Below, in pieces: positions 56,431-64,000 of a stretch of DNA of 64,000 nucleotides (positions are counted from its first letter, which is position 1; each line of letters begins with the position of its first letter). Made by a program: the position numbers and the translations under genes. This DNA comes from Aeromicrobium sp. (GTDB lineage: Bacteria > Actinomycetota > Actinomycetes > Propionibacteriales > Nocardioidaceae). The DNA lies in NCBI RefSeq assembly GCF_032084975.1, contig NZ_DAMDLR010000003.1, forward strand, positions 7,453 to 71,452, given 5' to 3'. The notes under the pieces were generated by a model. It did no database searches, was not told where the DNA came from, and worked only from the letters and a program-made list of their open reading frames with translations.

Positions 56431-58707
56431 TCAGCGCACCCGGATCTTCCGGACATTGCTGGTCTTCGCCGCGGCGAAGGACGTGGCTCGCAGGCGCGCC
56501 ACGACCTTCTGGTTGCCCTTCGCGAGCTTGCTCGTGCGGATGGTCGCACGGCCGGCAGCGTTGACGCGAGCCGTGCCGACCTTCTTGCCGCCGATGAACA
56601 GGTCGACGCGCGAGTTCTTCACTCGCGCCGTCGACGAGACGACGACCTTGACGTTGATCCGCTTGCCGGCCTTGGCCCGGCGAGGCGAGGCGAGACGGAT
56701 TCCGCTGAAGGCCTTGTTGACCTTCACCGAGATCCTCGCGGTGCTGGTGGCACCGCGATCGTCGGTGGCCGTGACGGTCACGTTGCGGGTCGCCCGCGAG
56801 TTGTTCGGAACCGTGACACTCAGGACCTGGCCCGAGATCGAGGCACCGGCCGTGGTCGTCGCGAGCGTCACGGCGTTCCCGTCGCGGTCACTCGCACCGA
56901 GGTCGACCGACACCGGCACGCCGACGCGGGTCACCAGGTTGCGGTCCGGCAGGGTCGGCGCGTGGTTGACGAACGAGTACGTCGTGCCGTCCCACGTGAT
57001 GTCCGAGACCTTCGCCGACCCACCCTTGTCGCTGAGGACACCGAACGCGAGGACCTTGTAGGCCGTCATCTGGCCGAGAAGCTCGCGCAGCGGAGCCGCC
57101 GTGTTCGCCGGGACGGTGCCGACGGCCTTGGTCGCGATCCACCTGTCGTCCAGGTCGATCACATTGGTACCGGGCTTGGCGGGATCGTACGGACGCAGCG
57201 TCGCGAAGCTCGTCCCGGCAGACGCCTCGCTCGAGAAGAACACGGGCACCTGGAGCCACGCGTCGCCCTCCGTGACGGTGTAGGAGGCGGAACCCAGTGC
57301 CCTCCGCAGGTCCACGTTCTTGGTGGCCACGTCGTTCGCGTTGTTCTCGTAGCCCTTGATGACCTGCGACGGGCCGGTCAGCTCGAGACCCCCGGCGGTC
57401 GTGACCCGGTGGTTCCCGGCCGCGTTCGGGTACCCCTGGTGCCACCCGGCGTACGCCGAGTCGTCCGGACGGATGTCACCCTCGGTCACGGTGACCGCCT
57501 CGGTCTGGCCCGCAGCCCGGGTGAAGACGTGCTTCGTGCCCTCCCACGTGATGTCCGAGACGGTCGCCGAGCCGGGCGACGCCTGGTGCACGCCGAACGC
57601 GAGCACCTTGTAGGACCCCAGCCCCGCGATCAGGTCGGAGAGCGGACGGCGCGCGTTGGCGGGAATCGAACCCAGCGCGCGGCTGGAGATCCACTCGTCG
57701 TCCAGCGCGATCGTGTGCGTGCCCGGGCCCTGCTGGGTCGCCTGACGCAAGGTGGCGAACTGGACGCCGGAGCCGTTGTCGAAGTACACCGGCAGCTGGA
57801 AGTTCACGGCACCCTCGACGACCGTGTACGAGGCGTTGCGCACCGCGAACGGCAGCACCGCGTTCTTGACGTCGACGTCCTGCGCGTTGTTCGCATAGCC
57901 GTGGATGACCTGAGAGTTCCCCGCGAGCTCGAGGCCCGCGGCGGTGACCTGGTGTCGGAGGGCTGCGTTGTCATAGCCCTGGTGCCAGCCGGCGTACGTG
58001 GTCGCGTCGGGCGCGACGTCGCTGTCGGTGACGGTCGCCGACGTCGGCGCGCTGGGGACGAAGTCGTACTTCGTGCCGTCCCACGTGAGGTCCTTGACGG
58101 AGCCGGTCATGTTCGTGTCCGTGAAGACGCCGAAGGCCAGGGTCTTGTAGTCGTCGCCCAGCGCGTCCAGGATCTGCCCCAGCGGGTAGGGGCGGTTCTT
58201 GACGATCGTGTCGCCGATGGCGCCGGTGGACAGCCACTCATCGGTCAGCTCGACATCGTTGGCGCCCTGGTCGGCACGCGTGGCCGGACGCAGGGTGGTG
58301 AAGCCGATCCCGTCCGCGGCGGAAGCACTCGGGTAGAAGACCGGGACCTGCAGCCAGAGCGTGCCGGCGCTGACCGTGTACTCGACCTCGGGCAACACGT
58401 CATCGAGGTCGGCGTTCTTGACGGCGACATCCTTGCTGTTGTTCTCGTAACCCTTGATGACCTGGGACTTGCCGATGAGGGACAGGCCGTCGGCGGTGAC
58501 GGCGTGCCGGTCGACGGCACCAGCCTGACCCTGGTGCCAGCCGGCGTAGGGCTCGGCGTCAGCGGCGATGTCACCAGCCGTGACCTGGACTACCGTCGTT
58601 TCGGCGGCAAGCGCCTGCGGCGCCAGCGCGAGCGCGGAAGCGGACAAGGCCGCTACCGATGCTCCGGCGATGAGTCGGCGTGGGCCGATCTTGGACGAGA
58701 CGCGCAT
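56431..58707 (-). CDS. Large secreted protein: three ~180-aa repeats of an unrecognised domain plus cadherin/Ig-like and Big-like C-terminal domains
   Basis: 758 aa with signal peptide RRLIAGASVAALSASALALAPQALA. The repeats are marked by YAGWHQG (aa 54, 238, 419) ...SQVIKGYENN...LQVPVF...FATLR...DDEW...LAFGV...V(S/K)D(I/L)TWDGT. Then come a cadherin-like unit (DLGASDRDGNAVTL...VTVTATDDRGATSTARISVKVN) and a basic Ig-like tail. Confidence 0.75.
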   Translation of the reverse strand: MRVSSKIGPRRLIAGASVAALSASALALAPQALAAETTVVQVTAGDIAADAEPYAGWHQGQAGAVDRHAVTADGLSLIGKSQVIKGYENNSKDVAVKNADLDDVLPEVEYTVSAGTLWLQVPVFYPSASAADGIGFTTLRPATRADQGANDVELTDEWLSTGAIGDTIVKNRPYPLGQILDALGDDYKTLAFGVFTDTNMTGSVKDLTWDGTKYDFVPSAPTSATVTDSDVAPDATTYAGWHQGYDNAALRHQVTAAGLELAGNSQVIHGYANNAQDVDVKNAVLPFAVRNASYTVVEGAVNFQLPVYFDNGSGVQFATLRQATQQGPGTHTIALDDEWISSRALGSIPANARRPLSDLIAGLGSYKVLAFGVHQASPGSATVSDITWEGTKHVFTRAAGQTEAVTVTEGDIRPDDSAYAGWHQGYPNAAGNHRVTTAGGLELTGPSQVIKGYENNANDVATKNVDLRRALGSASYTVTEGDAWLQVPVFFSSEASAGTSFATLRPYDPAKPGTNVIDLDDRWIATKAVGTVPANTAAPLRELLGQMTAYKVLAFGVLSDKGGSAKVSDITWDGTTYSFVNHAPTLPDRNLVTRVGVPVSVDLGASDRDGNAVTLATTTAGASISGQVLSVTVPNNSRATRNVTVTATDDRGATSTARISVKVNKAFSGIRLASPRRAKAGKRINVKVVVSSTARVKNSRVDLFIGGKKVGTARVNAAGRATIRTSKLAKGNQKVVARLRATSFAAAKTSNVRKIRVR
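56968..58599 (-). repeat. Three tandem in-frame coding repeats (~545 nt each) within the 758-aa gene
   Basis: Landmark YAGWHQG motifs are spaced 184 and 181 aa apart, with collinear conserved blocks. The repeats are diverged at DNA level. Confidence 0.8.
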
Positions 58708-58746
58708 GGAGACGATCCCTTCGGGGACACGCCTGGGGAACAGGCG

Positions 58747-58832
58747 GTCCGGAGACTCCGGACCTCGACACCGTAGGTGTCAAGTGGAACGAAAGTGGCG
58801 GGAGTGATCTCGAACCACTCGAAAGTGGTTCG
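58747..58832 (-). terminator. Cluster of three perfect short palindromes after the four-gene operon and upstream of the surface-protein gene
   Basis: GTCCGGAG-A-CTCCGGAC (58747-58763); GACACC-GTA-GGTGTC (58767-58781); CGAACCACT-CGAA-AGTGGTTCG (58811-58832). They could act as a terminator and/or as operators. Confidence 0.45.
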
Positions 58833-58852
58833 TCAGGACTACGTCCGATGAC

Positions 58853-59398
58853 TCAGCAGGACCGACCCGGACCGTCCTGCGCGCGTCGACGCGCTTCGGA
58901 GGCGAGTCCGGTCCAGGGCCGCGGCTCGTCGGCGCCCGTCAGGAACGAGCCCCACGTCAAGGGGACGTCCTGGGGCAGGCTCAGCTCGTCGAAGGCGCGG
59001 GTCCAGCCGGCCAGCAGGCGCTCGTCATAGCGTCCCGACGTCAACAGGAACGAGGTGACAGCCGAGACGGTGCCGCGACGGTCCTCATCGTCCTCGCGCA
59101 GCAGCCCGGCGAGGTCGGCGCCGAACCCCTCGGCGTCGAACTCCGGCCACGAGGCGGCCGCGTGCAGCCCGTCGCGCAGCAGGTCGGGCAGGCGGTCCCA
59201 GTCGGTGAGGTCCTCGCGGAGCGGACCGAACGCGATCGTGGCCAGCGCCGAGACGACACCGTGGGCCCCGATGGCCGCGAAGAAGCCCGCCATCGCCTCG
59301 GGGCGCCGGTACTGGCGCTCCAGGACCCGCATGAGCCGGGTGAAGCGCGCCGCCTGCTGTCGCGAGACGAGATCGGAAGGCGGGAGGACGTCAGTCAT
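58853..59398 (-). CDS. Hypothetical protein D of the four-gene operon (181 aa, acidic, no TM helix)
   Basis: The ATG at 59398 overlaps the stop of the upstream gene by 8 nt. The sequence MTDVLPPSDLVSRQQAARFTRLMRVLERQYRRPEAMAGFFAAIGAHGVV...LREDDEDRRGT... matches no family I recognise. Confidence 0.55.
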   Translation of the reverse strand: MTDVLPPSDLVSRQQAARFTRLMRVLERQYRRPEAMAGFFAAIGAHGVVSALATIAFGPLREDLTDWDRLPDLLRDGLHAAASWPEFDAEGFGADLAGLLREDDEDRRGTVSAVTSFLLTSGRYDERLLAGWTRAFDELSLPQDVPLTWGSFLTGADEPRPWTGLASEARRRAQDGPGRSC

Positions 59399-60137
59399 CG
59401 GCCACCTGGGACCTGCGGCCCGTGACGACGTCGCCCAGCGCCGCGACGACCTCGTCGAGGGTGAGCGGGACGAGCGTGACCTCGACCTCCTCGTCGCCGG
59501 TGCGGGGCGCGTGCTCGACGCGGTACCAGCCCTGAGAGCCCGCGTCGACGACCGTGACGGAGGCGTCGACGGCGCGCTCGGCCAGGTTTCCCGTCGCGCG
59601 CCAGGCCAGGCGCCACCCCTCGAGGATCGGATCGAGCTGCGGGTCCCCGCTCGGGTCGACACCGTCGAGCGTCATGGCCGCGTCGATGACGGTGGTGTTC
59701 GTGCCGACGGTGGCGCGGTCGGCGACGACCTCGCGGTCGAAGATCGCCAGCCACTGGCGCAGCTGGTCGCGAAGCAGGGTCAGCTCCGTGGCCGTCACGA
59801 CGACCGCGCCCTCGGCGTCGGGCGTGCTGGTGGTGGCCCGGCCGTCGGGCATCCAGCCGATGAACATGGGCTTCAGGGTGGCGCCGTCGAAGCGCTCGAC
59901 GACGATGCTGCGCGCGGGGCCCACCGCGACCTCGACGAGGCTGGCGGCCGTGGGATGGACGCCCGCCGGGGTCACGAGCCCCTCCTGGCGCAGGCGGGTG
60001 GGCGCGTCACCCGGGGTGATCCGACCCGCATGGACCTCGGCGAGCTTGATCAGATCGTCGTAGCCGACGGTCAGCTGCAGGAAGGTCTCGTCGAGTTTCG
60101 GCACGGTGGCTCCAGCGTTCGCAGGGGTGTCGTTCAT
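59391..60137 (-). CDS. Hypothetical protein C of the four-gene operon; possible EspG-like chaperone
   Basis: 248 aa from MNDTPANAG. The segment LRQEGLVTPAGVHPTAASLVEVAVGPARSIVVERFDG resembles the EspG pattern (..GIV..g.v.p.la..l.vLa.P...v.v..). This resemblance is judged by eye only. Confidence 0.5.
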   Translation of the reverse strand: MNDTPANAGATVPKLDETFLQLTVGYDDLIKLAEVHAGRITPGDAPTRLRQEGLVTPAGVHPTAASLVEVAVGPARSIVVERFDGATLKPMFIGWMPDGRATTSTPDAEGAVVVTATELTLLRDQLRQWLAIFDREVVADRATVGTNTTVIDAAMTLDGVDPSGDPQLDPILEGWRLAWRATGNLAERAVDASVTVVDAGSQGWYRVEHAPRTGDEEVEVTLVPLTLDEVVAALGDVVTGRRSQVADD

Positions 60138-60145
60138 GTCGTGGA

Positions 60146-61102
60146 TCAGTCCCAGAAGGTGAGCGTGTCGCCGATGTCGGACCAGGTGTCGCCGTCGGTG
60201 ACGGTGTCCCAGGCGTTCGAGGCCGTCTCGCTGATCTCGTCCCAGTGGTCGACGACCTCGGCCCCGGCCCAGACCAGGCCGGTCGTCACGGCGATGGCCC
60301 CGGTGACCGGGTTCGGTGCGATCAGGAACGCGGTCGTGGACGCGCTGAAGGCGGTCTCGGCGACGTCGGCGACGTAGCCCGCTCCCTCGCGCTCGAAGGC
60401 GTCGATCGGGTTGCCCTGCTGGATGAGGTTGTTGACCCCGACGGCGGTGCTGAAGACGCCGCCGGCGATGCCCAGGCCGCGCATGAGGCCCAGTCCGCCG
60501 GGATTGCGCGCGAGCGGATCGGCCCAGCCCGCGGTGGGGAACCGGGTGCCCGGTCCGGCCCACTTCGGCAGCTTGTTGAGCAGCGCGGTGGGCGGCGCGG
60601 CGTGCCGGCCGCCACCGGACAGCATCCAGCGGGCCCACTCGCCGGTGCGCCCGCCGGCGTTGGCCATGCGGGTGAGCATCTGACGGCCGACGAGACCGGT
60701 CTGGAAGATCGGCGCGACGCCCGTGGCCATCTTCTTCATCTTGCCCAGCGCCGTGGCGATCGAGATGAGCGGGAAGTCGTCGTCGTTGCCGAAGATGTTG
60801 CCGAACTCGGCCCCGAGGTACTCGCCCAGCAGGTCGTTGAGGGTGTCGTTGATCGCGCCGAGCGACATCGAGACCTTGCCCTCGCCCGACTCATCGAGCA
60901 GCAGGGCGATGTCGGCGAGCCCGTTGAGCTTCTCGGCGGCATCCTCCAGGAAGGTGGCCTTGTCCTCGATGTTGTCCAGGCTCGGCAGCGCCACGGGGCT
61001 GGCCGACCTCGCCGAGGCGGCGTTCGAGCGGATCTGGCTGGCGAGCTCCTCGGCGCGCGTGGCCGAGAGCGTCAGCTTGTCGTAGTCCATCTCCACGGTC
61101 AT
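60146..61102 (-). CDS. Hypothetical protein B of the four-gene operon: helical N-domain plus Gly-rich hydrophobic C-domain (candidate secreted membrane-active effector)
   Basis: 318 aa. The ATG at 61102 overlaps the upstream stop (ATGA) and is preceded by GAAGGAGAG. The N-terminal ~120 aa are helical and acidic (DYDKLTLSATRAEELASQIRSN...). The C-terminus has GLGLMRGLGIAGGVFSTAVGVNNLI and TTAFLIAPNPVTGAIAVTTGLVWAGAEVV segments and a Trp/Asp-rich end (...TFWD). Confidence 0.6.
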   Translation of the reverse strand: MTVEMDYDKLTLSATRAEELASQIRSNAASARSASPVALPSLDNIEDKATFLEDAAEKLNGLADIALLLDESGEGKVSMSLGAINDTLNDLLGEYLGAEFGNIFGNDDDFPLISIATALGKMKKMATGVAPIFQTGLVGRQMLTRMANAGGRTGEWARWMLSGGGRHAAPPTALLNKLPKWAGPGTRFPTAGWADPLARNPGGLGLMRGLGIAGGVFSTAVGVNNLIQQGNPIDAFEREGAGYVADVAETAFSASTTAFLIAPNPVTGAIAVTTGLVWAGAEVVDHWDEISETASNAWDTVTDGDTWSDIGDTLTFWD

Positions 61103-61629
61103 GAGCGCTGACTCTCCTTCAGTGCAGCCCACAGGGCGATGTGCTCGGGTGCCGCGAGGTTCGCCACGCGCGGCGCGATGAGGTCATACTCGCGCACGAT
61201 CGACCATTCCGTCACCGCGACGTTGATCGGCGCCGCCCACCGACGCGACGCCACGAGGACGCCGGCGTCGCAGCGCAGCGTCACCAGGTCGGGCAGGGAG
61301 CGTCCGGTGTACTCCATCCCCGGCAGGACGAATCCCGCGTCGCCGGTGATGGCGTGCCGCTTGCGCCGGACCAGGCCGCCGGGGCTGCCCTGCGCGGTGG
61401 TCACCGTGGCGACCCGCGCGCCGTTCAGGCTGACCGGGACGCCGTCGTCGAAGACGCTGCGCCACTGGTTCGCCTCGCGCTCGGCCGCGGGACGCCGGTC
61501 CGTCACGTCAAGCTCGATGACCGCGTCCTCGACCGTGGCCTCGATGACGCCGTCGTGCACCACGACGCGCACCGGACCCCAGCGGGCCCGGCGGAACGCC
61601 TGCCACTCGAACCGCTTCTTCTCGTTCAC
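61099..61629 (-). CDS. Hypothetical protein A of the four-gene operon (176 aa)
   Basis: GTG start 30 nt after the purA stop. It appears soluble and beta-rich (RVVVHDGVIEATVEDAVIELDV...VTLRCDAGVLVASRRW...). I recognise no family. Confidence 0.55.
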   Translation of the reverse strand: MNEKKRFEWQAFRRARWGPVRVVVHDGVIEATVEDAVIELDVTDRRPAAEREANQWRSVFDDGVPVSLNGARVATVTTAQGSPGGLVRRKRHAITGDAGFVLPGMEYTGRSLPDLVTLRCDAGVLVASRRWAAPINVAVTEWSIVREYDLIAPRVANLAAPEHIALWAALKESQRS

Positions 61630-61659
61630 ACGTGTCCCCCGTATGTGCCAGTGGTCAGG

Positions 61660-62943
<1,284 letters not shown>

Positions 62944-63193
62944 GGGTCACCCCTCTCAGACGGAAAGCCCGCCAGGCGGGCTCGTGCTCGTCAATCCTAG
63001 CGAGAACGAGCGTGGCACCTTGCGGCCGTCACGGGCCCGGTGCGCGAATCGCACGAAAATCAGGCAGATGAACGAGTTCCCCGAGCGTGATCGACGTCAC
63101 GCCAAAGTGTTGTAGCCTCCGTGTAACTGCTCGTGTAACGGTGAGTTGCAGATGCTCTCCTGAGCACGCGCGGCCGCACTGGAAGGAGACCTC

Positions 63194-64000
63194 ATGCATC
63201 CGCATCGCCAGACTCTCGTTCCCGCGGGTGACGTCCACCTGTGGGTGCCGCGGTCCTCGACGCTGCGTGCCTTCGCCACGACTGCGCCCGACCCCCGGCC
63301 CGTGACTCCCGACCAACAGCGCCGCCTCGAGGTGGCCGGCGAGCCGCGCGAGCTCGACGACGAGGTCAACCCGTGGATCGGCCTGCGCGCCACGTTGCAC
63401 GCGGCGGACTTCGACTCCTTCGCGGGCGCACTGCGCCGCTTCTGCGCCCGGCACGAGAGCCTGCGCTGCATGTTCGTCCGCCGCGACGACGGCAGCTTCG
63501 AGCGTCGCATCGTCGAGCCCGAGCTGATCGGCTTCCAGCCCCGCCACCTGGGTCACCACGCCACCCGCGAGGGCGCCTTCGACACGGTCATGGCCGAGCT
63601 GGACGACCGCACCGGGCCGCTCTCCTGGCCGGCCGCGACGGTCGTGACGGTGACGGACGAGCACGGCGACATGACGGCCTTCGCCGCCTTCGACCACGTG
63701 AGCTTCGACGGCTACAGCGCCTACCTGACGATGGGCGAGCTGAAGCAGCACCTCGAGGCCGAGCTCAACCACGCGCCCCTGCCCGCGCAGGTCGGCAGCT
63801 ACGTCGACTTCGCGCTCGAGCAGCGCGAGATCCAGGACTCGATCACCGCCGAGGATCCCGCCCTCGAGCCGTGGCGCCGCGCCGCGGACCCGAGCGGCAA
63901 CCTGCCGGGACTGCCGCGCGCCACCGGCGTTCGCCGAGGCGACGAGATCCACCACCGGCTGCGGTTCCCCACCTTCGCCGGTCCGCAGCTGAGCGCCGCC
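63194..64000 (+). CDS. Condensation-domain protein (NRPS C-domain/PapA-like), 5' part; continues off-window
   Basis: Not in the track because no stop falls inside the window. ATG at 63194 is preceded by GGAAGGAG. My hand translation MHPHRQTLVPAGDVHLWVPRS...AFAAFDHVSFDGYSAYL contains an HxxxDG-type motif (DHVSFDG). Confidence 0.6.
   Translation, partial: MHPHRQTLVPAGDVHLWVPRSSTLRAFATTAPDPRPVTPDQQRRLEVAGEPRELDDEVNPWIGLRATLHAADFDSFAGALRRFCARHESLRCMFVRRDDGSFERRIVEPELIGFQPRHLGHHATREGAFDTVMAELDDRTGPLSWPAATVVTVTDEHGDMTAFAAFDHVSFDGYSAYLTMGELKQHLEAELNHAPLPAQVGSYVDFALEQREIQDSITAEDPALEPWRRAADPSGNLPGLPRATGVRRGDEIHHRLRFPTFAGPQLSAA

Noticed and set aside
63029-63955. 308-aa minus-strand ORF at the right edge.
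   Set aside because: It is a shadow frame antisense to the plus-strand condensation-domain gene. That gene has an SD, an ATG and an HxxxDG-type motif, whereas the minus-frame translation is low-complexity Arg/Gly/Ala/Val.

Overview
Very G+C-rich actinobacterial chromosomal segment with about 60 tightly packed genes. I saw no rRNA, tRNA, CRISPR array, transposase or integrase. The backbone is housekeeping, and its gene order recalls three M. tuberculosis blocks: Rv0474-0476 (XRE/hbhA/DUF2516), Rv0811c-Rv0821c (ygfZ-like, nitrobindin-like, rhodanese+DUF1416, thioredoxin, glnR, mshD, pstB) and Rv2984-85 (ppk1-mutT1). Recognisable content:
- typA and a PadR/HAAS sensor pair.
- A DEAD-box helicase and dtd.
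- An LCP/tagD/GT-C envelope trio.
- manA/manC mannose activation and a fused carboxyltransferase.
- A phosphate super-cluster: ppk1, a Nudix-His-phosphatase, pstSCAB with PHO-box repeats, and pit plus DUF47.
- An ABC-2 exporter, Fpg/Nei, a GNAT-mntH pair, fadD, an Lrp-type regulator and MFS pumps.
- Five scattered purine genes: large-type purL, purC, purB, purD, purA.

Accessory or unusual patches:
1. A translationally coupled four-gene operon (58853-61629) sits between purA and a repeat-rich surface protein. Three of its four proteins match nothing I recognise. The fourth looks EspG-like, and the second protein has a helical N-terminus plus a glycine-zipper hydrophobic C-terminus. This is my best candidate for an undescribed secreted-effector/chaperone/immunity-type system.
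2. Three tandem secreted FN3 + endonuclease/exonuclease/phosphatase (EEP) paralogues (5662-10054).
3. A 758-aa secreted protein with three ~180-aa internal repeats.
4. A lower-GC islet carrying a wHTH-nucleotidyltransferase/HEPN pair.
5. A DUF222-HNH (REP13E12-like) gene.
6. Two copies of a nested palindromic element (CCACTTTTGG...CCAAAAGTGG) at convergent gene ends.

All calls come from reading the translations and sequence by eye. No database search was run.
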